From the NCBI GenBank assembly GCA_977862235.1, contig OZ374557.1, positions 1,736,001 through 1,800,000 of the forward strand: a stretch of DNA of 64,000 bases. The letters are read 5' to 3'. Each line of letters begins with the position of its first letter. Within the stretch, counting starts at the first letter, position 1. The notes under the pieces were generated by a model that was not told the origin of the DNA, searched no databases, and saw only the letters and a list, made by a program, of their open reading frames with translations. This stretch comes from Dudresnaya verticillata (lineage: Eukaryota). The position numbers were made by a program, and so were the translations under genes. Shown here piece after piece: positions 11,109 through 23,023 of this stretch.

Positions 11109-14100
11109 GGGTCTGGTCATCTCAGATGATATCCGCAAGGGGCGTGATTGATTCTGGCGCCGGACCCAATCTGGTTCATGTTAAAATGTTACCTAACGGT
11201 TGGGAAAAGCAAGCCAAACCCTATAAGGAAACCACGCGTAGCATCGTCGACGCTTCTAATAATCGAATATTACCTCTAGGAGTCATCCCCTTATATATCC
11301 GTGTCGGTAATCTCTACACGACGACCCATTTTCTGGTTGTTGCTAATATGTCTACCGAAGTTATACTTGGTACAGCCTTCATCGATCGACATGTCACAGC
11401 CATCATGCCGGGACCCCGAAGGTTAATCTTGAAGGATGCCCCAGCAGTACCTATCCTCGTCGTTTCCATGGGAGGAGTTACTGTTCCCGACGCTACACAA
11501 CCAACCGTTTCTGCCAAAGCGAGAATAGCCAAAGACTGGGTCATATCTCCTAGGTCACGTTCGTTCGTGCCGGTGAGAACAAGCGCATATGGATTATGCC
11601 TGGTTCATAATACCTCGCGGTCACTACACAAGTCGTTAACCATTATGGCAAACGGGATCAGGGATGTTTACCTTATAGTAAGAATTTGTAGGGGTATGAC
11701 CGCCCAAAGGATAGTATTAGGCAGGGTAGGGTTGCAAAATTAAACAAAATTCTACATCGATGCGCCAATGCTGCCACTTCGCGCTACAATAGCTTCTACG
11801 CATCCGAAATTATATCGGAAATACACGGCCGCAGCGCCAATGAAAAAAATCAGCAACAGCAGCAGCAGCAGCAACAGCAGCAAAGCTCACCATTGATTGG
11901 CGGGATGGTGCTCCTTACAGCCGACAACTTTGCTTGGCGGCTGATTTCTTAATTTGGCCCTATACTTTTGTGTGCGCGCGACCGGCGTTACACCCCGCGC
12001 CTGCCTTCGGCGCGGGATTATCATACCAGCACTCAGTGCCGTCCCGCGCCGAAGGCGCGGGGTCTAGCGGCGCGCAGCGCCGCCCCCGCCGAAGGCGGTG
12101 CGACTTGTTCTTCCGATGGAAGTTTTTCCTGTACTAATGACCAATTTTGGTGATCTCCCTGCTCGATTGAAAAAGACTCAAGTAGTAGGCCACGCGTTAC
12201 CAAAACCGGATCAGGTTTTGAGTATTGGAACTCTACAAGAAGATACCCGGTCGGATACCCAGGAGGAGAAGTCAAAAGCGGAACCCGTTGGGAAGACACT
12301 GTCCATATAGGTGTCGAAGGCAGTGTTACTCGATGCCAAATCATGGAAATGCTTCAAGAGTATCAAGAAATGTGGTCAGGCCAACGGGGTACCATTAAGG
12401 CCACTCAGCACAGGATTGAGTTGATGGAAGGGGGAAAACCCATCTATCAACACCCTTATAGAGCTGGCCCTAAAGCTCGGGAAGCCGAAAAGGCGGAAGT
12501 ACAACGAATGTTACGCGAAGGCGTTATTGAACCCTCTGGGGCAGATTGGGCAAGTCCTGTAGTCCTTGTGTCCAAACCTGATGGGTCTCTGCGTTTTTGC
12601 GTCGACTATCGCAGACTCAATAGTATTACTCGGAGAGACTCATATCCGTTACCTCGAATGGACGAATGTATTGACTCACTGGGAGATGCTAAGGTATTTA
12701 CGACGCTCGACTGTAATAGTGGCTATTGGCAAGTGGAAGTCGATCCCGACGATGGCGATAAAACGACGTTCACTTGCCACGAAGGGTTATACCGTTTTAT
12801 CAGGATACCATTTGGTCTCAAGAATGCGCCCGCCACATTCTAACAAGCATTCGACATTACACTGTCCCGGTTCAAGTGGTAACATGCCTTGGTTTATCTC
12901 GATGACGTTATCATTTACTCTCGGAGTATCCAGAACCACTTCCAACATTTACGTACTGTACTCGATCTACTCCGAACCGCTGGGGTTTCTCTTAAGTTGT
13001 CTAGGTACAAGTTCTTCGAAGCTTCCGTCGATTACCTCGGACATGTAGTACGTCCCGGAAAGCTTGAGGTAGCCTTTAAGAACGTTACCCCCTACGACAG
13101 GCGAAACCTCCCACGGATCAAACCGAGTTAGGGTCATGTCTTGGGGTATGGAACGTCTATCGAAGTTTCGCCGCCAATTATGCACGGATTTCGTCTCCCC
13201 TCTCCAAGAAACTTCGAAAAGATCAACCCTTCACTTTTGAGTCACTGACCGAAGACAAGTAGGACGCCTTCGACGATCTCAGGCTTCGTCTTTCAATCGC
13301 ACCCGTATTGGCTTTACCTCGAAAGGGATTCCGTTATTACGTTGACACCGATGCGTGCGACCTTCAGGTTGGCTGTTGCTTACTTCAAGAAAACGAACAA
13401 GGGGACAAGCTACCTATTGGTTATTGGAGTCACACACGTAATTCCGCAGAGCGTAACCATTCGTCCACCGAACGGGAATGTCTCGCCGTAGTATGGAGTC
13501 TTTTAACCCTCCGAACTTACCTTGAAGGCGACCGGTTTACGGTTAGAACCGACCACGAACCCCTTCAGTGGTTGTTAAACCTCTCGGATGCATCCACCTT
13601 GCCCGTTGGCGCTTACGACTCTCGGAGTTCGACTTTCTGGTCACCTACAATCCTGGACGGGAACATCATTTGGCTGACACCATGTCACGGCTTTCGACTC
13701 CAGGCAGTGACCAAACGCCATTAGACGATGAAATCCCCTGTTTTACCCTCGCGGTTAAAAATAGCGCGCCGGGTCAGCTCAGTTTACCTACCGTCCGTGA
13801 CGTGGCAAACCAAAAGGATTTACCCCGCCAGGTTAATAATCAAGAACTCCTTGAGGCACAATCCAAGGATGCGTATTGCCAACAGATGGCTAACCAAGTT
13901 GGTATCGCTGGATCCCAGTTCCATGGGACCATAATGGTTTTCTAATCCGCCAGGCGACACTCGATGGAGCACTCCAGATCGTGGTGCCAAAGTCCCTGCG
14001 TCCTCGCATACTATATTTAGCCCACTATCCCCTCCTTTCTGGACACCCTCGTGGTTCAAGAATGTATTACACCCTCCGGCGACAGTTTTATTGGCCATAT

Positions 14101-15097
14101 ATGGCCAATGATGCATATGCCGTGGTGGGTGACTGTACTAAGTATGTCCAAAATCGGGGTACCTTACGGAGACATCAGAACTACCTTAAGTTATTTCCAG
14201 CCGCTGGCCCACTGGAATTCCTTGCCATGGACCTCGCGGGTCCTTTTCCCCAACCCGAGCATGGTAACCGTTTCGTCTTCGTTATTACCGATCGGTTTTC
14301 TAAGCTCACCGGCGCCATACCTTTACGGAACACCAATGCCCGCACGGTTGCACAAGCTTTTCTGGATCACTGGATCTACCCTTACGGTGTTCCGTTTTAT
14401 GTCCTTTCCGATAATGGTCCACAGTTCATGTCAAAGTTCTTCGCCACGATCTGTCAAACCCTGTGGTTACGTCAGTTATTCACCACCGCTTACCACCCCC
14501 AGACCAATGGTCAGGTCGAACGGTTCAACAAAACCCTTGTCCAGCGGTTACGTCATTACGGTCTATCTCGATCGCCCTAAGTTCACTAAACGCCAAGTTG
14601 GTGAACGACAGGCTTCTCTCGTCGACCCCGCCGAGGAGCAGAACCTTTCTAGGAAACGTTTGCCCAAAACGACCGGACCCCTTTTGGTTACAGCCGTTCA
14701 TAACAACCATACGGTCCCGATTAAGCAATACGGGCTTTTTAATACCGTTTCGCAAAACCGCATTTCGGTTGACCCTCATCGTGGTTCCCGCATCCCCCTG
14801 GCCGACCCTGAGGTCACTCAGAATCCGCCATCGGCTCCTCCACCGCCTACGACCACAACCCAGTCGGATTACTATACAGTTAACCTTTTGGTTAAGCACC
14901 GTGTCACCGACAGTGGGTACCAATATATGGTTCGCTGGTATGGTTATGCCCCCAATGATGATACTTGGGAGCCACCCGCGCACATCCCTCACAACCTCGT
15001 GTTACGCTACTGGTGCCGGCTTGACCAGACGCCACCGCCCGGCTCTGGGGGGTGCAGGCCTCATGGATTTTCGCGGGCTCCAAGGTATCCATCATGA
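10994..15097 (+). pseudogene. pol: pol of element 1: aspartic protease, RT, RNase H, integrase, chromodomain
   Basis: VIDSGAG; WASPVVLV, RFCVDYRRLN, PFGLKNAP, VYLDDVII; VDTDAC, ERECLA, TDH; SDNGPQF, YHPQTNGQVER; YMVRWYGYAPNDDTWEP. Several stops and frameshifts, a 441-bp insertion and an apparent deletion at ~14560 relative to element 2. Confidence 0.96.
11669..12109 (+). mobile_element. 441-bp non-autonomous insertion, Helentron/HINE-like
   Basis: Removing it restores NGIRDV|LPMEVFPVLMTN, which aligns to element 2 NGIGQVEPLKAFRILVAN. Ends (T)TACC...CTTGT(T) at a TT site, CAG microsatellite at 11851-11882, cgccGAAGgcg-type hairpins near the 3' end. Confidence 0.7.
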
Positions 15098-15267
15098 AAC
15101 GTCACTCAGAGAGTTAACGCCACCCAATCAAAAGGCCTCGCGACGGCGTTATCTCATAGAGTCAAATGAACCGGCACCGGGTCTCTCTCTCTTCACTTTT
15201 TCTACTTATTTCACGCTACTTACCTACAGCACCACTGTACTCTCACAGAAACCAAGACAAAGGAGAA

Positions 15268-15942
15268 TGTGGTGAAGTGAAAGGCATACCTGTAAGGAGA
15301 GCTGATCAGGCAATCCCGATAAGGAGTGATCCCACACGGCACCGGGGTGGTAGAGCTTAGTTCGTAAACCGAAGGGAGTACCTCGAGCGGCAGCACCTGT
15401 AAGGAGTAAAGGGACGCAACAGACAAGGGGGACGGTACAGTGCCAGGACAGCTATACCAGGACGGAGGTAAGAGGAATCCGTGCACGGGGCTGGCGAGAG
15501 GAAACCGTAAAGGAGTATGAGGGTAAGGCTTAGGGTAAGTCACTTTGCCCAGGGTTGCGTACCCGTTTACTGTAGGACTCGCGGTGGCCACCCATTAATA
15601 TACTGGGAGATACGCCCCGCGTTCCGGTCCGTGTGGGCCAGACCCCAATGGGTCTGGTCCACCAGGTGGGTCCGGTCCTACTGGTCCCGGTCACCGTTGC
15701 GGACATGCTCGGCATTCTCATTGGCCGGCTGACACTACGTACTGTACAGCATGATTATAATTACCTAATTACAAATAAATCAACTACTTAACTCCTATTG
15801 GTGGTGCGCGCAGACTCCAGCAGGGCATACAGTGCTACTGTGTCACTGCACTCCGCTTCGGCTTTTGGCGCCAGCTCACCGGTGCGCCGGGCGCGAGTCG
15901 GCTCAACCGTCGTCGGCACTCCACAACGGCCGCTTCACCACA
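15268..15942 (-). mobile_element. Solo LTR, family C (675 bp), TSD GAGAA
   Basis: Termini tgtggtgaag...cttcaccaca; GAGAA at 15263-15267 and 15943-15947; reverse-complement homolog of 30761-31435. Confidence 0.93.
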
Positions 15943-16019
15943 GAGAACCACACAGGCAGATACAACACAGGACATAAGATGTTTTATTGGACACTCTTCA
16001 GATCACCCTGGAGGCTCAT

Positions 16020-17009
16020 CTAATAAGAATACCTACTGGTAACGGAATTGTTCCTCGTCCGACCCCTCGAAGTCACCCGAACGTGAAGACGCACGGCGAT
16101 GGGGTTGGAAAGGAGACGGCGACGAGTCTCCCCTGGCGTAGTAACTCTTGGAGTCTGTAGCGCTGCACGACTCACTGCCTCCACGGGAGAAGCCACAATG
16201 GTAGCGACCCCGGTAGGAAGGGGCTGCGTTACCTGAAAGGTAGAAGAGCCAGCTGGAGTCTCCTTGGGCTGCTCCCTCATAACCACGTTCGTAATGTCCG
16301 CCGGGGCAGCAGATTGCTGCTCAGTTCCCTGAGCCGGCCCTGGCGATGCCAGAGCCAAAGGATCACCCGGTTGGTAGTTCACCACTTGGGTAAGTGAACC
16401 GGCCGCACCACGGGCTAGAGTCCTCGGCTGGAGATCGCTTTTGCGCAATACCTCTCGGGTGAACTTGTTGCAGGAAGTAACGAAACTCGTGGCGTTCTGC
16501 GGCATCGCAGCCGCCATACGCGCAAGAGACACCCTGAGGGTTGCTACTTCGGTTCCCAAACGGTCCATCGTCGCCATGTGGGTACCCAGCTGGTTCAATT
16601 GGAAGTTCCCCATCTGGGCCACCTCCCGGAGTAGCCAAGTCAGGAGTGCCTCCTTCGACACCCACTCCCGAGCGGCATCCATAGAATCCTCTAAGATAGC
16701 CGATACCGGGATTTTCGCAGTGCGACACGCCTCTTGAAGTCGCCCTAATCGAAGGTAAACCGAAGCAGATAGGGTCGTTCCAGATGGGGCCGTCGCTGTA
16801 CCAGAGGGACCACTCGGTAAAACCAATGGGTTAGCTTGTCGAGTCGCTGCCTCAGGAGTTACCATCGGGGGTATGCCAGTGGAGGCTGCCCGCGCGGGTG
16901 TTGCCGGACGCGCCTCACGCATTTGCGTTACTGTCTCCGGTGCCGCTTGTGGGTTTGGAGTTCCTGGACGCGCCCCCAGGCCCCGGCGCGCTGTCCTCGC
17001 TCGAGTCAC
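16020..17009 (-). CDS. Antisense accessory ORF 2 of element 1; low-complexity ends, helical core; function unknown
   Basis: 329 open codons between pol and the 3' LTR; central amphipathic/heptad-like segment; start codon uncertain. Confidence 0.55.
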   Translation of the reverse strand: MTRARTARRGLGARPGTPNPQAAPETVTQMREARPATPARAASTGIPPMVTPEAATRQANPLVLPSGPSGTATAPSGTTLSASVYLRLGRLQEACRTAKIPVSAILEDSMDAAREWVSKEALLTWLLREVAQMGNFQLNQLGTHMATMDRLGTEVATLRVSLARMAAAMPQNATSFVTSCNKFTREVLRKSDLQPRTLARGAAGSLTQVVNYQPGDPLALASPGPAQGTEQQSAAPADITNVVMREQPKETPAGSSTFQVTQPLPTGVATIVASPVEAVSRAALQTPRVTTPGETRRRLLSNPIAVRLHVRVTSRGRTRNNSVTSRYSY

Positions 17010-17063
17010 AGGCCCTGACGCTGTACGCGTCCTGTCGGGGTAACCACTATAGGTTGCCGCCTC

Positions 17064-18131
17064 CTATTCTTCGACCACTTGGATTCTCTCCGAGTTCGGC
17101 CCCATGTTGCCCCAGCCACGACCTATACGATCTGCCTCCTCAAAGGAGTGAAGCGGCGGACCAGGACGGTTATCAACGTGGTGTCGCCTACCAAATCGGT
17201 CCACCGGTTCGGAAACCTCTGGGTCATACGCGACCCAAACCTCGCCGGCGGCCCACTTGAAGGTCTCCGATGCGGTTAGTAGTCCCACCAAGTCGGTACC
17301 CGCAAAGGTACTACCCCCACAAATGAGGTCGACCCCAAGGGTGCAGATTGACTCGATGATTGTCTTGGATAAGCGAAAGAGGCGACCATCCGGTAGACCA
17401 TCTTGGGGATGATAACCAGCTTCGGTGTAGGGCGTTGAGTCCCACATACCAAAGTAGGCTGCATGAAGAAAGGCCAGCGCTACGTGGAGTACCTGTTCAG
17501 TTTTGGCGATTGACCACACTGGGTAATACCACTTCGCCGCGGAGTCACGCACATGGGTGCCGAAGTACACCAGCACTCCCGGAGTTAATGACGGCAAGGA
17601 ACGCGGACCTTTGATGGCGTGCCACCAGCTGGGTTTCTTCACGTAGTGATCACGACGCCGACCCATGGGGATACTCCACATTTCGACATTGTGAGACCCT
17701 GCTAGGAGACCATCAGTACGGTTGCGAATGCGCGTCTCCGTCCAAATATCCACCGCCCACCGCTCGGTTAACCACCACAGGTGGGGAAAAGGCTTCGACT
17801 CCAGGAGTGACTCCAAAAGTAACTTGATATCGTTCACCCATTGGTTTCCCTCAAGGAAGCGGTAGAGCGAGGGGACGTAGTCTTCTTCGAACCCAACGCG
17901 CAACCACTTGAGGTCACTACCGTACTAACACGGAATTAGGACGCTTGGCGGACAGTTACGCAAGCGCGCAACCCACTGGCTCTCATGCGTACCTTCGGGG
18001 ATCGCCCGGAAGCGGTAGGTGTCCGGGTTGGCGTCCACGAGGTAACCTTGGACTGGAAACGGCTCTAGCACCTCCTGATTCGAAAACGCCGACAACCCTC
18101 CGTGGCCACCCATGGGAGAAAACTGTGCCAT
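17064..18131 (-). pseudogene. Antisense accessory ORF 1 of element 1 (Trp-rich; 17925..18131 plus 17064..17903)
   Basis: Same frame, split by one stop; shares W-S-x-A-x-T-x6-A-x9-G-x-W-D, TLG and WVx[YF]DP with the element 2 antisense ORFs. Confidence 0.7.
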
Positions 18132-18430
18132 CGCAGCGTAGTAACCTCCGCGGCTTACGCAAGGCGTGACTGGAAATGCAACTGGTCAGGGTTGGAGAGA
18201 CGACGGCGATGGGGTGGCGAGTGGCCTGGTGTTGATTGCGATTGACGTGGGACCATGTTGGAAAAGCCTTTGAGGTGATGATGCAGCGGAAGAGAAGTAG
18301 TGCTGCGCGCGGGATCGATTGCGGGCCGACAACGGTCATTGGAGTTGAGCCGTCTGGATAGAAAACGGTTACGATTTCGCGCGAAACACATGCAGACTGC
18401 CCTGGCGTCCCGAGGACGGGCCGCAATCTC

Positions 18431-18440
18431 GGGGGAGCTC
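18431..18440 (+). promoter_or_regulatory. Polypurine tract (gggggagctc)
   Basis: Directly before the 3' LTR; a similar tract precedes the LTR at 32089. Confidence 0.65.
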
Positions 18441-18905
18441 TGTAACACAGTGAAGGGCTTACAGAAGTGGGCCCTCTGCCCTCGTGTATGCGCTGAAATA
18501 GCGTTACCTATAGGGCACCAACAGGGACAAGACGGGTATTCTATGATTGGTCCAAGTGTCACCCTGTAGGTCAGTAGCTTAGTATCTGTCTATTTATGCT
18601 GCCTGACAGTCGGAGTACCATATAAGGGTATCTCCCGTAGCGGTCACTGTACAGGAAAGGCAAGCACCTTCCGGCCCCAACTACATCTCCAAGCTATCGG
18701 CACCGCTGCACACTTTGCACCCGTGCCCGGCTAACCGCCCGCCCAGTGAACTACGTTCAGTAATGTGCTTCTAATCAGGTTACGTGCCCTCGTCTACCCT
18801 CTGGGTTCCTCCCGCTGTACCACGGCTACCAGGTCCCCGCTCTGTGGCTTTCTCGTTGAGTGCACTCTTTGATTTCACAAGAGACCTAAAAGGTACTTCC
18901 TTACA
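18441..18905 (+). repeat. 3' LTR, family A (465 bp)
   Basis: Direct repeat of 8303-8821. Confidence 0.95.
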
Positions 18906-19500
18906 AATTGCCCTTAGAAATATCGGAGATGTACTGCTTCAACGCCTTCTCCTCAATAAAGCGCCGCGGGTAGTTCTTCGCAAAGCAAATTATGCCCGAC
19001 ATGGCCACCTTATCTCTTTCACTTATTCTAGCATGGTCTCCAGACAGCCCCTTTACCCACAAAGAATCTTTTCTAATGCATGTCGAAAGTGCGACATGTA
19101 CCATCCCATTCGGCCCCCATGCTCCCATTCCATAAACATTAACTGCTATGCTGTCGAGAGTCATCCTTTGACTGTGGTGGATTTTCATCGCATACGCGAC
19201 AAGAAGTGGAAGTTGTACCCTGGTTCCAGCCACGTTTCTATCGTGGTTATGTACACTGAAGTTCATCGGTCGCACATGGATAGCCTGTCTACCTGTTCCA
19301 CCTAATGTTTGCGATCATGATTTGGATAGTGGTGTTAAGGTGACAGAGATATGCCTTGCGTCGAGCTGTCTTCTCCTATCACGTACATATACTGGTGCGC
19401 TCGCCGCCATGCTGACAATATCCGAGACTTGAAATCGAGATCCTGGGTTGAAATCTGCACATTTCCGAGTAAACACAACTAGACATTTCTTCCTCAACAC
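18906..19500 (-). pseudogene. PIF1-family (SF1B) helicase C-terminal remnant, possibly Helitron/Helentron-derived
   Basis: RVQLPLLVAYAMKIHHSQRMTLDSIAVN...MVHVALS resembles the PIF1 motifs R-x-Q-x-PL-x-x-A-x-A-x-TIHKSQG-x-TL...YVALSR; truncated by LTRs on both sides. Confidence 0.75.
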
Positions 19501-20334
19501 CGCGGCGCACGGGGGCCAAGCTCTTATTTCCTCGCCATGGGCGTCAAAGGCCTCGTCGACCGACGGACGGTAGCCTGAAACGGCTCATTCGCCGTTGGCG
19601 CGAGCACGTCATCGACGATTGGCCTACGGACGCGCCGGCGCCACAACCCCGTGCCCCGTACGCCCGATGCACTGTACGGCGCAACGCTGTAGAGCAGATC
19701 TGGATGATGCATCGGGATCAACGAGGTGTAAACGGGTTGACTGTCAGTTTGGCCCGGATCCCGATTGAATCCGAATCCGACAACCGGACCGGACAACAGG
19801 ATCCACTGTAAGGGAAACGCGCCTGTCATACGGTGCCAATCGCGATCCGAATCCGGATCGCCTACAGTACCGCACAAGCGCGTCTCTGTAAGACGCAGGT
19901 GCCGGCGTACAGCGGCTGCATTGTCCCGGGACCTGTCAGACGCACCTACACGCGGCACACGGCCCGGGTTCCCGCGCACTACATCATACAGCCGCAGCAC
20001 CGCGGCCCCATAGCATTACTTAGGTACCTCGTCTAGGACGTAGTAGTAAAGCCCCGGCAAGCAGGTTTGAGTCTAGACTTTCCTTCCGCGACAGCGCGCA
20101 CCCTACCGCTGCCCGGAAGCACAAGCGTCTACCTATCCGTGTTTCCACGTTCATAACCGTTGCTAACGTGTTTTCCTTTGGGTTTCCTTGCCATTCTTCT
20201 CTCTCGCCTTGGGTTTTTACAGTCCACTCTAGGCGTGCTAAACCTGCTCTACCAAGTTCGCCACCAGCGGCTACCCACCGGGCTCCCGAACGGCCCGGAG
20301 GTGTTTTCCTTCTCTAGACGACTTTTGCACGACA
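19501..20334 (+). repeat. 5' LTR, family B, with a decayed 5' terminus
   Basis: Ends ...tgcacgaca before the PBS; colinear with the reverse complement of solo LTR 28739-29626; start cgcggcgca aligns to tgtggtgca. Confidence 0.8.
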
Positions 20335-20336
20335 AC

Positions 20337-20351
20337 TGGTCTCCCGACCTA
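20337..20351 (+). promoter_or_regulatory. Primer binding site (TGGTCTCCCGACC)
   Basis: 2 nt after the LTR end; matches the element 1 PBS with one difference. Confidence 0.8.
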
Positions 20352-20460
20352 GAAGCTGCTACGTTTCTACGAACTTTAAAGTCTGTGAGACGATCGCTTA
20401 ACCGTCACTCTGACGTTCTGCCCATCGTTCAAGACGTTCGCCTACTTCCTCGAAACCCTT

Positions 20461-22997
20461 ATGGGTCCACCGCGACCGACGCTATCGCGTGGATTCTCCC
20501 GACGCCCGTCTTCGAAGCCTGGCACCATGCCACCGTCGGGACCGGCCCAACCCATGACGACACGATCTGGTCGTCACATCAGTCCGGAGATTGCCTCAGC
20601 CTTTACGGAACCGCCGGACCATGACGTGTCACAAGCTTCGCTAAACAGGGGAGAACCTGCTCCCCTGCAGAATCCGATCGTCGTTCGTACTCCAGTCCCA
20701 GAAGGCTCCGCCCTCCGTACCTACCACACTTACGTTGACTCTGCCGACACCGTCCAGGCGGAGCAGCAACGCGTCGTAGACGGAACACAAGCCGGCTTTG
20801 CCGAGAAACAACAACCACCCCGGCTCCACAGCCACAACAACAACTACCAACCGGAAACGTCGAGGAGGATGGCAGCCGTTTAGCGCCTTTGGACGTCATC
20901 GACGATTCCCCACCTGCTAGGGACTGTTGTCCCACACCTCACGGCAGTGCCGAATGTTCTTCGACAGAGCCGTATGGTCAACGTAGCAACGCAGAGACGT
21001 CACCGGTGCGGCAAAGCCCGGTGAGGCAAAGTCCAGTGCGACCTTCTCCCGCGGCGTCTCCTGCGTCCGCTCGCGTGGATAATCTCACGATTCCCCGCGA
21101 CCGCATCCGAGATGTTTGCGTCATTGAGGACGATGCGTTGTTAGTGCGATTCGCGGAGATGCTCAACAACAGTGTCGGGTAATCTGCAGCCGTCTACAGA
21201 CGTTAGAGGAAGGTCAAGATGGAGGCCTACAGGGGTTACGAACTGACCTCGACCGTCTCATGACGAGCCAGGGTACCAACGCCAAACAACCAGGCACAGT
21301 AACGATCAACTCGCAGTCCGAACTGAGTTCGCGCGAACTTTTCAATCGGCTGGCGACTCGTTTGGAACGATTGGAAACCGCCAAGTTGCGTCAAGGACAA
21401 CCACCATCGTCTGAGGACTAAAGCGACGACGAAGATCGTCGCCGCCGTAAAAGGCGCAAGTATCGCGACGAACGAAAGAAAAGCCACGGGCGAAAGAAGA
21501 AACATCGACGACGTGACGCGGATTCCTCATCTTCCTCCGACTCGTCGAGTGACGGAGAGTCGTCAGGTACTTCAACGGATGACGAAGAGTACCCAACCCA
21601 CGGCGGGGCCGTAAGGCCACGCGTCAAACCGTTCAAGGGGTTCAAGGAGCTACGTCCCTCCAACCCCCTCTTCGATCAACTCTTGTTGTATCGTACTTAC
21701 CGTCTAGCAGACGTCGGTCAAAAACGTTCCGGACGCGAAACAGGGAAGGTCAAGGACCACATCAAACGTCTGGAGTTGACGATGAAGGACGCCACTTTAA
21801 CGGGCAACGACCCGGTCCTGATCCTTGAGTTCCTTACGCGTTTCGCGGATGAGGCCGATACGCTAGGAATGAGCGAACCCCAAGCGTTCGTCGCGTTGCG
21901 ATACTTCTTACGAGGCACGGCGTCAACACAGTTCCGATCCGTCAAGTCGACATCAACACGCCATCGAGGCGGAGTCTCTTCGTACCCGGAGGCGGTGCAG
22001 TACCTCCTCCGTACGTATGCAACGCTTTCGGTGATTCGATCCGCCGTACTGGCGTTACGTTTGACAACGCAGAAGCGGATCGAAGATGAAACTGCCTACG
22101 GCATGCGACTCGCTGGAGCGTGCATCCGTTGCGGGAACGTATACCCCGACTGGGAGAAGATGACCCTATTCATCGACGGACTCGACCCGTCGATACGATC
22201 GCTGGTCGCCCGTTTTCGCGAAGAAACGCCAAGGGCGGAACTGTCGTTCGAACGTTAGTAAACTTCGCGCAAGACGAGGGCGACGCGTACCGCACACGAC
22301 ACGGCAGGGCCGGACAGACTTCGCGTCGGCAGGATATATTGGTGCCCGTACAAGCCGCTCGCAACGTACGATCCGCTGTCGCGGTCAACCGTCAACTGAC
22401 GAAGAGTCCGAAGCCGGCGGCGCGCGCTATGCTGGCGGAGTCGTCCGTCGAATTCCGAGACGTTAGCCATCACGACGATGATGTCGAAACGCACGCCGAT
22501 GGCGACTTGTACCTGGCCGACGAACAACTCTCGATACCAACGTCGGCACTGCCAACAGACAGCTACGTCGAAGACGAAGGGGAAATGGACCCCGCTCTCG
22601 CCTTTGGGCGTCCGAAGGTACCCGCGCCCCGCGTACCCTATTCGGAATATGCCCCGCACGTCCACTGTGCAAGGCCTGGATGGCCGGACCGAGGTCCGCC
22701 TCGTCAAGACGTACACTGACAACTCATTTTCCATCAGTGCTACGCACGGGGTCACATCGCGCCGGAATGCTTCTTACGAATGAGTGACTTCATGAAGGTC
22801 GTCGCCAACTACGAGGGCCTGAAGGAGACTGAGAGGAACGGAGTACCCGTTGTAGGGAACAAGCCACGAAAGAAGCGGCTCCTCTCGCCGCGCGTTCATC
22901 ATCGCCGAGGGCGGGACTGGCACCGCGTGCAGCCGAACGCCATCCGACGATGCTAAACCGCTACATAGCGCAACCACCGACGGAGGCGAAAAACTAA
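20461..22997 (+). pseudogene. gag: gag of element 2
   Basis: Fragmented ORFs; DPVLILEFLTRF...SYPEAVQYLLRTYA...FIDGL core; knuckle HQCYARGHIAPEC at ~22730-22770. Confidence 0.85.
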
Positions 22998-23023
22998 TCC
23001 GGGCACCGACTCCTGACACTGGG

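Larger units (their letters stand above)
8303..18905 (+). mobile_element. Ty3/Gypsy chromodomain-bearing LTR retrotransposon (element 1), decayed, two LTRs, no matching TSD
   Basis: Order LTR-PBS-gag-PR-RT-RH-INT-chromodomain-antisense ORFs-PPT-LTR. Confidence 0.95.

Noticed and set aside
15268..15942. Inversion relating 15.3-15.9 kb to 30.8-31.4 kb
   Set aside because: Two independent solo LTRs with different TSDs (GAGAA and CCGTT)
16020..18131. env-like gene
   Set aside because: Antisense orientation and no clear signal peptide plus transmembrane anchor
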